Notes: generated by a model not told the origin, from the sequence alone. A stretch of DNA of 62,666 bases, filler included, from Sphacelaria rigidula (GCA_964200075.2; 9 parts of 9 records of this genome joined end to end with filler, not necessarily neighbours in it), one strand, 5' to 3'; counted from the first letter of the whole stretch, positions 26,311 through 39,261 are shown. A program made the numbers and translations.

Positions 26311-26592
26311 CGCGGGCTGGTGGTGTAATGGTCTGGCTGTCGCCATTATAGGGTGGAGAGAACGAGTGTTCGACTCCCGATGCTTTGGGTTCTTCTTCGT
26401 CATGTCTGATTTCCACCGTGGTGAGCGTGAGAACCTGGGTAAGCAAAGTCGTCAACTGAGTTTGTTTGATATTAGTTGACGCGGTTCGGGAGTGCCGTCC
26501 CGATCCGCGAGACCAAAATGCGAGGCGTATACGAGGGGAGAGGAGGGATGATCCCTTGAGAGCACAGACTAGTCGCGAGGAAGGGGAGGGGC
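26311..26592 (+). mobile_element. tRNA-derived SINE family 2
   Basis: tggtgtaatgg ... gtgttcgactccc; homologous to 12980-13272; purine-rich 3' end gtcgcgaggaaggggagggg. Confidence 0.8.
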
Positions 26593-27295
26593 TCAAAGTG
26601 CGACAAAAGCAAACAAGCGCTCGGGCCGCTTCTGAGCTAGTGTTCGTGTGTCGTTAACCTTGCGTATATTTATCTTGTAACCACGGCTGGATCTGTCGAG
26701 TATCAGTTAATGGGCGACAGCAAATCAATCTATAGTTGATCACGTATGGATGTGAGAAATGAAGCACCTGAAGTTTGAGGGATTGTTTTACACACTGTTT
26801 TTTAACTGGATTTTTTTTAAACCGCTTGATATATTGTGAGCTTCAAGTTTTGCACACCAGCTGGCAGGCGTGAATTTTCCGAGGCGGGGTTGGACGTGGT
26901 TGGGCAACTGGTTTGCAGATTTCATGCAATGGTGAAGAAGCCAGGATAGCACATGTATCGTGTCGCGCAAAGGGACGATGGCACAGCCTCCAGGCACAGC
27001 ATCGCGGGGACAGGAGACAGCGCTGAAGTCATCGGCAATTCTTCGCCGAAACGACCGACACTATCGTTCTCCGATTATTCCTCGCCATCGATGCCTTTCA
27101 CTTGAAACAACCGTGCAGAAGAAGCAATCTTACGCCTCGCGGATCAAATGTTCGCCTTTACACTACCCGTAAAAGACAACACGAGAGCTGGCGCTGCTTC
27201 CTCCCGTGGAGAGATTCGCGAAGCCATACTTGAAACCTCTTTCCGACGCGTGCTTCGAGAAGGGCAGCACGAAAATATGCTCAATATACACGGAA

Positions 27296-27624
27296 GACCT
27301 AAAGAAATGTTCGTACATAATGGTTGGTTCTCGATTTTACTTTATTTCAGCCTGAAGTAAGTTCTGAGAAAATTCATGTTTTGGGGGCAGGTCAGGTGAG
27401 CAGTAGATCCAGTTCGTCCAGAACGTGTTTGCGTCCATAATCGGCGCCTGGGCGTCGATTTGAGCTCTGCCAACGCACACTTTGCCTGGGGAACACCTTG
27501 CACCTCCCTTGCCCGTAGGTTCTCCTACGCCTTGGGTCGGGGTCGGGGTTAGGGTTAGGGTTAGCGTTAGGATTGACGGCACCTCTATAGTACCAACCAT
27601 TGTGGACGAACATTTCTTTTGGTC
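27296..27624. mobile_element. Telomere-motif cassette element, copy B (~33-bp IR)
   Basis: gacctaaagaaatgttcgtacataatggttggt pairs with accaaccattgtggacgaacatttcttttggtc; core ends ggggtcggggttagggttagggttagcgttagg. Confidence 0.82.
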
Positions 27625-27896
27625 CCTTTAATATACAACCGTGAAACAAGTTGTGGCGCCGCTTCCTCATTGTGGCCCGGTGCGGATTGTCACTAACTAA
27701 ATGTTGGGTTCCGCACTCCTCACCGGGTAAGGGTTAAGCACGAGACTAGTGAAACGAAGCAGGGGTCAAATAAAATTCTGTCGTGTGTGTGTGTCGNNNN
27801 NNNNNNNNNNNNNNNNNNNNNNNNNNNNNNNNNNNNNNNNTTAATTAATTAANNNNNNNNNNNNNNNNNNNNNNNNNNNNNNNNNNNNNNNNNNNN

Positions 27897-28150
27897 TCCA
27901 GAGACAGCAACGGCTTATACACTGCCTCATGGGTGTCTCACTATTTAAACACTACGTAGTACGATCATCACCCCTGTGCGGAGTTGAGGTTCTCCCACGT
28001 CGCACAACATGATCTAGCTCGACCACCATCATGGCTACCGCAAAAAAAACGCAAGTGCGCAAAAAAACGGTAACCTGTTTGCCTCGCTCACGCAGTGAGT
28101 GGCGTGTTTTGTAGCGCCATCGCCAACCGACGCCAACCCCATCGGGGGTC
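27897..28150. mobile_element. Internal fragment of the direct-repeat-bounded ~500-bp element
   Basis: Homologous to ~34390-34612 and, reversed, to ~54735-54986. Confidence 0.75.
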
Positions 28151-29423
28151 AATACACTTTTTTGTCTGTTGAAGTGTTTGCCGTATTATAATTGAAAGGT
28201 TTCGCTTGCTAGCGGAGGTTTGTGAGGTGACGACACTTTTTTTTTTTTCGTAAATTACGTGACACACCGGACTCTGAACCCAGTATCTTTCCAGTCACTT
28301 TTAAAGGCACAGCGAAGGAAGTAATGAGTCCTCCACACGGTAGCGTGCTTGTGATCTCCCTTCACCAACCTTCAACCGAAATCCCGTGGAGGGATGTACA
28401 TGTTGTTCCGTTGGGTACAGACTCAACAGCAAGCTAGGTGTGTATGGCACGATCTTTTTCTCCCCCTCGCTGCTGGTGTCGTATCAGCACAGCTACCGGC
28501 TCTGCACAAGAAAAAAAGGGTAGCAACGTGTTGGAGTAAATCAATATGCACCGTATGTCCAACCTGAGGTTTCGTAACTCCCTGACTCAGGTTTGAGCCG
28601 ACCCTGACTGCACCAGGAGTACTGAAGCCTGAGCTCCTCTTCCGCCAAAGCAGTCGATACCTGTGTGCCTTATGGAGGCTGCATACGTCGGCAGGGCGGT
28701 GAAATTGCGTCGAAATTTCGCTTTCAGCCTCCCTCTCTTTTTTTTTGCTCACTGAGGCATCGGGCTTATGTATTTGCTAGAGGTTGGAAATGGTTTGTCT
28801 AACCATTAACCAGTTGAAGGGTTACGCGTAGCGCACTCATTAATGAGTTAAATTTTACGTGATGATTTGGTTATCGAGCGGCGCAGCCGCGAGCCAAAAA
28901 GCCCCCCGTCGGAGGTGCACCCGTAGGATCCGTTGGACGCGCCGTGCCGGAGGCATATTTTTACGCGATTCGGCTTCGCTGAAGCCAAAAAAATGTCTTG
29001 AATTTGGGCCAATTTTTCTAGGGCTGCATATAGCATACATAGCCGGTAACGGTAAATAATGGTTTGAAACCGTTGTCCGAATTTTTCATATAACCATTAC
29101 TATTATCACCATGATAATGATACCGGTCACTTATAATCGGTATCATTTCCGAGCTCTAGTTAATTGATTTGATTGATTGTCGCACTTTAACTGACCCCCC
29201 GGGGGTCCAGCCGCAACTGCTTTTTTTTCATTCTGTCTTCGTTCTTATACTCGAGAGTCGTTAAGGGTCGAGTTTCACCGATTGTTCCTCTTTGGATACA
29301 TGGATCTTCCAGCAAACACAGCTGACTTCGTGCTAGATCCATGAACGTGAGGAAGTCAAAGAATATATAGATCAATCAATCAATCAATCAATCAATCGAT
29401 CGATCGATGGCGAAAATAGTGCA

Positions 29424-29765
29424 TGTGTGTGTGCTGTCATCCCATCTATTCTAAACGTCAATCTACACCTTTTCGGTATATCTGGGCGCATCAGCCGGGA
29501 TCACACAGGAAGAAGGTCAACACAGGAGCTTTTTCTTTTTTCTTTTTCATTGTAGTATTCCACCTTTTTATCGCAAGAAGGTTTCAGCGGCCCCTTTCCC
29601 TCGTCGACCATCAAGCCGAATTTTGTGTACCCAGGACATTCAAGCTCTCCACTGTTGGGCATGGTGTGAGAAAAAAACCCAGATCGTGTGACTGCACCCA
29701 GATTCAAACCCACGACCCAACCATCAGAAGGTTTCGTGGTTACCAACTGAGCCACCGGGGCGACC
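29424..29765 (-). mobile_element. tRNA-derived SINE family 1 (full length)
   Basis: Minus strand ggtcgccccggTGGCTCAGTTGG...gtGGGTTTGAATC; no paired acceptor stem; (CA)n tail. Confidence 0.85.
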
Positions 29766-30218
29766 TGTGTGTATGTGTGTGTGTTTTTTTGTCTCCCCTC
29801 GGCTTCCATAGCAGCATCCAGCGTTGCTGAGCGACCGAGCACAGCAAGAGCAAGCTCTCGATGGGTGATGGTATCGCGATCTCCTGTCTCCATGTCCGAC
29901 GACGGGCTACAATTTGAGAGAAGGTCGGGAACGGGAGTGCAGACAATCGTCAAAGACAGGGTCGAGGAAGTCACCGTGGTGAGTTTGTCGGGGGGGAATA
30001 TCTTTCGATACACCAGGATCCTTTCATACGGTACGGAGTACTCTCCCCATGAAATAGCACGCCCCTTGAAAACGCCCCCGGGGCGCAAAGGATTTCCATT
30101 TTTGCACTTATGTGTTGTAGACAAGAAAAGACAGACGTGTCGGAGAGAAGTGTATCGATGACATGTTGACACTATCACACGTTTTGGTCGTCACTTTTTT
30201 TTTTTCCATGTTCTCAAT

Positions 30219-30524
30219 GGTGTTTACCCCTTGACCGGTCAGAACTTTCCCGGATTTTTATTATTTGAATATGAGTGTAAACACCGATATTCGGATCTTT
30301 CGTGTGGTTGACAGCCCCGAGGGCTCGTAGCGTGTGCAAAACGCATTTTCGTTCAAATCGACGGCGCCGGTTCGAGCTCTGCCAACGCCACCCTTCGCCT
30401 AGGGAACGCCTTGCACACAAACACACACCCCTCGCCCGAGGGTTCTCGCTATGCCTTCGGTTGGGGTTAGTGTTTGCGTTAGCTCGAAATATTATACTTC
30501 CAAAAAAAATCAAGGGGTACATCG
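30219..30524. mobile_element. Telomere-motif cassette element, copy C (short IR TACCCCTTGA/TCAAGGGGTA)
   Basis: Core ccgatattcggatcttt...gagctctgccaacgc...gcctagggaacgccttgca...gcccgagggttctcg...ggggttagtgtttgcgttagctcgaa aligns with copies A and B; IR unrelated to theirs. Confidence 0.7.
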
Positions 30525-32491
30525 GCCAAGTGCTGAAGGCACCTCGATGTTCTCAGGGGATAAGAACAGTAAATCGGATATCCTCTGGGATTATAAGAGG
30601 GGCCGAATCTATACGTGGCCTTCAGATATTGCCCATATGCTTGTGCTGAGTATCTCGCTCGCCTGGTGAGGGATGTCCGTTTTGATGTAGAGGGTAATCG
30701 TGATTGAGAAATATTCGCCTCTACGGAGCGTCTCGAGGCTTTCAACGGATAGCCGGATTTCACTTTGACGTATTGTTCTGAACGTAGTACCTCGTTGGTA
30801 GATTGCAACAGTACAGTCAAGTTACAGAGTAGTATGCGCTATTTTCCTGCGAGCTCGTGTGTCAAGCAAATCGCCAGAGACTCCACATTACTGAGGACGC
30901 TTATTTTTACAAGAAAATTGAGCACACATTTTTACCGTGGGGTCCAACTTATCCTCAGCATGTAAGGCCGTTTTTTGGTCATGGTTTTCACTCGATAGGC
31001 AACCCATGATCCGACGGCTGGGCGTGTTACGCGTTCATCATGTATTTTGCTGCTCATATGAAACGGCCAAAAATTTGCAATCAAAAGAGAAGCCTTTTCC
31101 CCCTGTTTTCTCAGTGAAACGAGGTGATGGCGAATGCGGCGGTATCCTTGAACCGAAGTGTGGGATGATGATCTGGAACGATTTCGATGGTGTTTAGAAC
31201 CCAAATGCCTGGCGGAAACAAAGAAATGGTCCGAAGGTACGAAATCGAGCGGTATCTTTTTGAAGCTTGGGATGTTGAACGGACACACCACGATCGCAAG
31301 AACAAATGAATTTTACGTAACCCTTTTGGGACCGGAGTGTGACTACCCCGGGGGTGATTGCCCATCGTGAATCAACATCATTTTCACTTGGTCACGACTG
31401 AAGGTGATGCTGATTCACATATAGACCCTGCGCGTACCCTAGAGGTTCACCCCTGGTGACAGGGAGTCCGATCCCAAAAGGGTCAATTCGCTGAAAAACA
31501 GAGGTTGGCAATGGGACGCTTTTCCCCGACCGTGATGTTCTTTCTAGTCTTGCTTTCATGTTTTTTTTTTCTTCCATTTTTCGTCAGCGAGTGTCTTCAT
31601 TTGTTCACCTCGGGTGCACCTATCTCGTCACCTCTGCCGGTTTTCGTAACGGACCAGTCTATGCGTAGCAATCACTAAAAAAATAGTGAAGAAGAAAAAC
31701 CAGCAACGTTCCGCCGGAGCGCTGACGCGGGCGGTGCACTCTTGTCGACACGTGGATGGCCGGTGTGTATCACCTCCCACGTGATGGATCGCCATCTTCC
31801 ATTTTTCGTCGACGAAGGTAGACCTTACATGCCGAAGGGATCTCGCTCGCGTTTCCCGAGAAAAATTCCTAGCCCGCCGCAGTTTTGAAGGGAACCTTTT
31901 TTTCCAAAAGAAAAAAAAAAGAAAACGGGAGCTGAATTCAAGGTTGGCGTTATGCCCTGTTTGCTACGATAGCAGTAGACCGGCAAGGGATGGAAAACAA
32001 ATAGCACGAATAACCAAAAGCGCAGTCATGTCGTTGTCGACTCACTATGGATAACGTTGATTGATATGCGTGAGCCAACTTCGAGGATAGGGTTGAGGTC
32101 GGGGAAACTCTCGACGTTAAGCCACGTGCATCTCTCAGTATCGAGTACGATGGCTGTTTTTAGTTCACGCGTACGGTGCGGGGGGAATATGTGCATGTGG
32201 TAATTTCCATCTGTCGTTTTTTTTGCTTTTCCTCTCATTTTTTTTTTTTCAGGAGGAGCAAAAGGAGGAGCTGGATAAAGAGGAATGGTGGCGGGTCATC
32301 CTCCATAACGACGAGATTCACACTTTTGACTACGTTACACAGTCCATCACTCGGGTGAGGATACGGGTGCATTGCTGCTTCTGATGAACTATTATTTGCA
32401 AGTTTTATGCACACCCCCATGATCACTTTTAGGCTCGTCCGCATGTACTAAACTAGGTCGTTCGGTTCAGTGTGGTTCTTCGATATAATGA

Positions 32492-32681
32492 GGGCGTGTT
32501 CTATGACATGAGTTTTCGATCGAAAATGTGCGGTGGAAGACAAAGGTTCCGATCTGTTGGGTTGTAATTTCAACCATCCTCGAAAAGCTTGAAGATGGTT
32601 GAAATCACGGCCTATCAGATCAGGATTTTTTGTTTTCCACGGCACTTTTTCGATCGAAAACTCATGTGCTAAGACACGGCC
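32492..32681. mobile_element. 190-bp hairpin MITE, possibly PIF/Harbinger (Tourist-like)
   Basis: Near-continuous stem with a ~15-nt loop; termini GG(G/C)CGTGT; flanks TGA and TAA. Confidence 0.75.
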
Positions 32682-34172
32682 TAACCCACTTTTGGTATGC
32701 CTTGCCTTGAGATATGTGTCTTTACACCTATTCGTGGGAGACGAATGCATGTATATGGCCTGTGGCTTGGTTCGCGTGTTGGCCGCGTTTCACGCAGTCC
32801 GTCTTCGCCAAGGCGACCACAGCAGTGTGTAACAGGGGTGACAATCCGTCACAATACACACCTTTTTTCACACGGTGGACAACAGATTTCATTGTCGACA
32901 AGTTTACTGCGGGCGTATAGCATTGACTACTGTCTAATGCAATAGACTGTAGATTTCATGCTGTACGCAAGTCATGTTTTGACACTGCAATCTGTTGTCA
33001 TTATCCAGAGCGTGCATTTTTTCGCGGTACATGCTGACAGTGGCTGTATACAAGGTATGAATGCCCCCCTTGGTGATATCTGGGTGGGGGCAATACGCAA
33101 CAGCTGCTACCGGCAGTATAACCCCCCCCCCTCCCCCCGACAGCTCATCATTTCGAGAGAGTTGTCCAGGGGGGATGAAGGTTTCGAAGGTTACATATTG
33201 GGTATTTTGAAAATCGGAGTGTAAGCACCCAAAACTATGGTGCAGTATTACTATCGTACTCCACCTCACCACAGCCTGAACAGTAGGTTACATTGTCGGA
33301 AAAAAAAGTGAAGTACGCCCAGTATCGACTATTGCGTCCATTGCATTAGACCAAATATTCTACACTGTTCGCAGTACACTTGTTGACAATGTAAAGTATC
33401 GTTAATATCCAGGGTGTGCACTACACCCAATATGTTGGGTGAGCCAAAATAGCCGAGCATCTACTCTCCAGATACTACAAAGTCAGGAAGTTTACCGCGT
33501 GTTGTATCGACTATTGCGTCTATTGCGTAGGAATCAATCACACCCTGGACGAGAGATTGCATTGTCAGGAAGTGCACTGCGTATAGTGTTGACTATTGCG
33601 TCTATTGCAGCAGACAAGAGATTTCACACTGTACGCAGCACACGTTGTGACAGTGTTCTCTATTGTCAGTAGCCAGGCGTGTAGAATAAACGAGAGAGAT
33701 GTTTGTGGCGGCATCGTGCGGGGAATGTTGACGAGCGATGTACAGTACAGCAGCGCTATCGTAACCTTGCCGCGGATCTCGAGCGTGGAGAAGTTGTACT
33801 GGAAAATAACTGAATCTGTGCTAGTGAAAAATTGATTCCTTGGGTGCGTTCGCCTCTTGATGGTGTAAGGTGGCCGTGTTGTGTTGTTCACGTTGTCGTG
33901 TGCGGCAGTCAGTACGCCCGTGCGTTTTTTTTTTTAGTAGCTTCAAAAACACTTTTTTTTTTGTCATTTGTCACTCGCGAGTGACACTTGGTTTCGGTAG
34001 TGTTTTTCTCCTTCCGGCTCCCCAAATCCATTGTTGGAAAGTACATGGTTTGAGGGGTTGAGTATAGTACTCGGGTCCTCTTGTAGCGTTCGCCCAGTGT
34101 ACCCAGGACGGGTTTGGCTCAAGTCTGGGGTGTACCCATAATCATGCGTGCCATAGTCATCCCACCATCGAC

Positions 34173-34662
34173 CTCGCATCTCCACAAAGCCGTGACGAAG
34201 CACGTCGGGATTTCGCCGGGCTATACTCGCACTCAATCACCAAGCGCGAAGCACCGTGGTGTGTTCGGCGAGACGCATGAAGGGTGAGCTGCATCCTGCT
34301 AAGATTGTTCGGCCCGAAGCGTACGGACTATCTTGCATTTAGATGACAGCCTACAACGAGTTGCTTTATTATGTGGTGTTGCCACTGCCCAAGAAAGCCA
34401 CGGCTTTAACACTGACTGCCTCATGAGTGTAGTACGATCATCCCCATTATTGCATTGTGTGGGGTGAGGTTCTCCCACGCCTTACAGCATGATCTAGCTT
34501 GACTATCATGGTTACCGCAAGAAAAAATCGGTAATGTTGTTGCCTAGCTTACGCAGTGAGTGGCGCGTTTTATAGCGTCATCGCCAACCGACGCCAACCC
34601 CATTGGGGGTCCACCCCTACGAACCCGGGACGGAGCACGCCGGGTTTTAGCCGGACCAGGCT
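34173..34662. mobile_element. ~500-bp non-coding element bounded by ~47-bp direct repeats
   Basis: caaagccgtgacgaagcacgtcgggatttcgccgggctatact and cgaacccgggacggagcacgccgggttttagccggaccaggct; whole unit repeated in reverse at 54683-55194. Confidence 0.8.
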
Positions 34663-34935
34663 GAAGTCGGGAGAGAGGGGGGGGGGGCGTACTCATTTAT
34701 TGCTTGCCTTAGTCATCTGACCATTGACCACGCATCCCTTTCGAGACGGAGCACCGTTAATGCTCCTAATNNNNNNNNNNNNNNNNNNNNNNNNNNNNNN
34801 NNNNNNNNNNNNNNTTAATTAATTAANNNNNNNNNNNNNNNNNNNNNNNNNNNNNNNNNNNNNNNNNNNNGGCTTTTGAGTTGAACCTAATTTTTGTTTT
34901 CAACCCCATTTTCGAGAATCGGCTGTTAAAAGGTT

Positions 34936-37900
34936 GGGGTCCTAGGAGAAGAACCGATGTTAGGAATATCGGGTGTCCGTTCGATCACCAGAGTGTTGGG
35001 GTCCTAGGGGAAAAACCAATCTTGGGAATATCGGGTGTCCGAACGGACGCCAAAATTGTTCCGGAATTGTTCATCCCTCCGGGACCCCAACACTTCGTTG
35101 TTCGAAATCCAAATTCCTATGGCGTGTAGCAGTCGTCGAAAGACATCAGTAGGTGGAGAAATGGAACTATATTTCGAAGATTTGGTGTGGATACGAAGAT
35201 TTGAGTTCTCGGGGTTCTCATTCCCAACAGAAGATCTATCCCCGATTTGTAAGATTGCGTGTTTGTAGCTATTACTGTTCTGGGGTGTATTTCGACCTTG
35301 CAAAGACGGTTTGGTCCCCGCTGAGATTGAGCGTACACACAACTGTCTTTGTTCGACAGCTTTAGTTACCCATTTATTTGCGCGAAGGGCGATCATGTCC
35401 GAATGTTCAACATCGGCGCCCTGCATGCAGTGAGGGCCTGTTGAAAGTCAGCCGAACAACTAGAACATGGGACGTGTCTTGTCTCACTGTACTGCAGCGC
35501 AAACACACTCACTTCCGCTCTCATGTGCTGTTCACACGGTATCTTACAAATTGGGGATGGATCTTTTATTGGGGATGCAAACCCCGGAGATCTGAAATCT
35601 TCGTATCCCCGCCAAATCTTCGAAATATGGTTCCATTTCTTCACCTCCTGATACCTATTGACAACTGCTACACGCCATAGAAATTCGGATGTCGATCACC
35701 GAAGTGTCGGGGTCCTAGGAGAAAAAACAATTTTGGGATATCAGGTGTCCAAACGGACGCCAAAATGGTTCCGGAATTGTTTATTCCTCTGGGACCCCAA
35801 CACTTTGGTGATCGAAAACCAAATTTCTTTGGCGTGTAGCAGCTGTCGATAGCTATCAGTAGGTGAAGAAATGGAACTATGTTTCGAAGATTTGGTGTGG
35901 ATACGAAGATTTGAGTTCTCCGGGGTTCCCATTCCTAACCAAGGGTCCATCCCCGATTTGTAAGATCGCGTGTTTGTAGCTATTACTGTTTTGGGGTGTA
36001 TTTCGACCTTGCGAAGGCGGTTTGGTCCCCGCTGAGATTAGGCGTACACACAACAGTCTTTGTTTGACAGCATTAGGTAACCATTCATTTGCGCGAAGGG
36101 CGATCATGTCCGACCGTTCAACATCGGCACCCTGCAAACAGTGCGTGCCCGTTGAAAGTCAGCCGAACATCTAAAACATGGGGCGAGTCTTGTCTCACTA
36201 TACTGCAGCACAAACACACTCACTTCCGCTCTAATGTGCTGTTAACACGGGATCTTACAAATTGGGGATGGATCTTTTATTGGGGATGAAAACCCCGGAG
36301 ATCTGAAATCTTCGTATCCACGCCAAATCTTCGAAATATGGTTCCATTTCTTCACCCACTGATACCCTATGACAACTGCTACACGCCATAGAAATTCGGA
36401 TGTCGATCACCAAAGTGTTGGGGTCCTAGGAGAAAAACCAATCTTGCGAATTTCGGGTGTCCGAACGGACGCCAAAATGGTTCCGGAATTGTTTATTCCT
36501 CTGGGACCCCAACACTTTGGTGATCGAAATCCAAATTTCTATGACGTGTAGCGGTTGTCGATAGCTATCAGTAGGTGAAGAAATGAAACTGTATTTCGAA
36601 GATTTGGTGTGGATATGGAGATTCGAGTTCTCCGGGGTTCTCATTCCCAACAAAAGATCCATCCCTCAATTTGTAAGATCGCGTGTTTGTAGCTATTACT
36701 GTTTTGGGGTGTATTTAGACCTTGCGAAGACGGTTTGGTCCCCGCTGAGATTAGGCGTACACACAACTGTCTTTGTTTGACAGCCTTAGTTAACCATTCA
36801 TTTGCGCAGAAGCCGAGAGTCATCCTACGATAGGGGGGGGGGGGATTTGGGCCATTTGTTGCTCGAATTTTCGAGTCAGATCGTCGTTGAAAGCAGCAAA
36901 GGTTGTTCGAACAAGCTCGTTGTCGATCAATAACGCTCATCCATACCGCCTGACACCGTTTGGAACCAAATACAAGCGCAACCCAAGTGTGGAAGGATGT
37001 CTGACACACTTACAAGCCTCATTTTTCGTGCAACCAAATACCCCCCCCTTGCGAGGACGGTTTGGTCCCCGCTGAGATTGAGCGTACACACAACTATCTT
37101 TGTTTGACAGCGTTAGTAAACCATTCATTTGCGCGAAGGGCGACCATGTCCGAACGTTCAACATCGCCACCCTGCAAACAGTGCGGGCCCGTTGAAAATC
37201 AGCCGAACAACTAAAACATGGGGCTTGTCTTGTCTCACTGTACTGCAGCACAAACACACTCACTCCCGCTCTAATGTGCTGTTAACACGGGATCTTACAA
37301 ATTGGGGATGGATCTTTTATTGGGGATGAGAACCCCGGAGATCTGAAATCTTCGTATCCCCTCCAAATCTTCGAAATATGGTTCCATTTCTTCACCTACT
37401 GATACCCTATGACAACTGCTACACGCCACAGAAATTCGGATGTCGATCACCAAAGTGTCGGAGTCCTAGGGGAAAAACCAATCTTGGGAATATCGGGTGT
37501 CCGAACGGACGCCAAAATGGTTCCGGAATTGTTTATCCTTCTGGGACCCCAACACTTCGGTGTTCGAAATCCAAATTTCTATGACGTGTAGCAGTTGTAG
37601 ATAGCTATCAGTAGGTGAAGAAATGAAACTGTATTTCGAAGATTTGGTGTGGATATGGAGATTCGAGTTCTCCGGGGTTTTCATTCCCAACAGAAGATCC
37701 ATCCCCAATTTGTAAGATCGCGTGTTTGTAGCTATTACTGTTCTGGGGTGAGTTTAGACCTTGCGAAGACGGTTTGGTCCCCGCTGAGATTGAGCGTACA
37801 CGCAACTGTCTTTGTTCGACAGCTTTAGTTACCCATTTATTTGCGCGAAGGGCGATCATGTCCGAACGTTCAACATCAGCATCCAGCAAACAGTGCGGGC

Positions 37901-38090
37901 TCGTTGAAAGTCAGCCGAACAACTAAAACACGGGACGTGTCTTGTCTCACTGTACTGCATCACAAACACACTCACTTCCGCTCTCATGTGGTGTGGCTAT
38001 CACTGTTCTGGGGTGTGTTTAGATGTTGCGAAGACGGTTTGGTCTCCGCTGAGATTGAGCGTACACACAACAGTCTTTGTTCGATAGCTT
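34936..38090. repeat. Composite ~711-bp satellite: ~270-bp monomer plus ~444-bp MITE (35533-35974, 36244-36687, 37284-37726)
   Basis: g(g/a)gtcctagg.gaaaaa recurs at ~35000, 35711, 36421 and 37461; each unit has ~180-bp inverted arms; interruption at ~36811-37045. Confidence 0.92.
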
Positions 38091-38769
38091 CGATTTACAA
38101 TGTCCTTGAAATGCCTGCATCCACCATTCGTCCAATACAGAACGGAGTTCTGGTATACACAAAGACTGCCGTGTGTAGATCAGCAAGGGCTTGCAGTGAA
38201 ACTAATGCGCGTGAGTGGTGGGTTTCTATGCGTGTTTTTTCCGGGCTGGATGTGAAGGTGCAGATCTGGGTCGAATCTGTATAAACCTGCTTGTCGATAG
38301 GCCTGGGGACTGGTCGTGATGGGGCCAATCCCCTGTTGAAGTGGATTGTGAAAAAGGGGAACCCCCTCCGTTAAAAAGGGCTCTAACAGCTCTAGCACTT
38401 TCTCTCCTTCACGCCGGCAGCTCAGATGCCGCCCAAGAAGGCGAGTCCTATCACTCTCCATTGAAGGCGTCTGTCTCTCCTGTCCCTTTTCCATTACATT
38501 CCAATGTTAGAAAGGATTGGAAAATTGGAAGCGCGATGCGAAGCAGAGCGATCTATCAATATCAATATTAGGATATTGATATGGTCGATACCTGTTTCAT
38601 TTCATTTTTTACCGGGGGGTGGTAGATAGCACACCGTCCCACCGTCCATCACCCCACTGCCCACCGCCCCGCCACCCACCACACAACCACTGGCTGCAAA
38701 CCACACCGGTCTGCAACATGAGCCGTCTTCAGACTTCCGGCTTCATGAAAGGCGGTAGCGCAGAGCCTG

Positions 38770-38853
38770 CGGTCGATGTTCCTGCCGAACCGTTTGTATC
38801 TGTGTCTGCTACGGTCGACGTTTCTGCCGAACCGTTTGTATCTGTGTCTACTA
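38770..38853 (+). repeat. 42-bp tandem duplication inside a possible low-complexity exon (ORF 38619-38939)
   Basis: Encodes VDV(P/S)AEPFVSVS(A/T) twice; coding status unproven. Confidence 0.6.
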
Positions 38854-39261
38854 TGGCTGCTGCTGCACCAGTGGCCGCCCCAGTGCCCTTAACCAAGAGC
38901 GGAGAGAGCGGGCAAGCAGCGTTACCCGCGAAGGTTTAGGTGTCTGGAGAGTATACTTCGTCGTGTAGCCGACAGGAAAAAATTGGACCTATGCTGCCGA
39001 CTTATCCCTTGTTTGATACAGAATGGAGGGAAAAAAAAGCGAGCGCGCAGTTGGATTCATCATAATTTATCGCCCAGTTCCGACGTTTGGCGCGTTTGTT
39101 CTTGAATAATGAGTGGATTCGCAGTGCGCAGTGCGCAAAGCCGAGGTAAACACCAAATTCGATAAAAACATTACGGAATAGGGGCCGCGAAAAATACTTT
39201 GGTATATCACCGGCTTGAACAACACACTAACATGCATCACACCTCGAGTTGTGATCAACTA

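Noticed and set aside
27540-27572. True telomere or chromosome end
   Set aside because: Only about three TTAGGG units, internal to an IR-bounded element.
29690-29765. tRNA gene (also heads at ~9670-9738, ~13200-13272, ~26311-26385, ~47550-47622, 55793-55862)
   Set aside because: A and B boxes are present but there is no paired acceptor stem, and each head continues into a shared repeat body, so these are SINE heads.
29501-30178. 225-aa minus-strand ORF as a gene
   Set aside because: The C-terminal ~90 residues read through a SINE and the rest has no recognisable motif.
34936-38090. CRISPR-like array or tandem gene cluster (repeated 60-140 aa ORFs)
   Set aside because: Spacers are near-identical rather than unique, units are hundreds of bp, no cas genes are present, and ORF frames break differently in each unit.
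38095-38494. L1/Tx1 ORF2 C-terminal remnant (PLFHNPL...AGLYR..DL)
   Set aside because: Only a short motif resemblance, with no RT or endonuclease motifs nearby.
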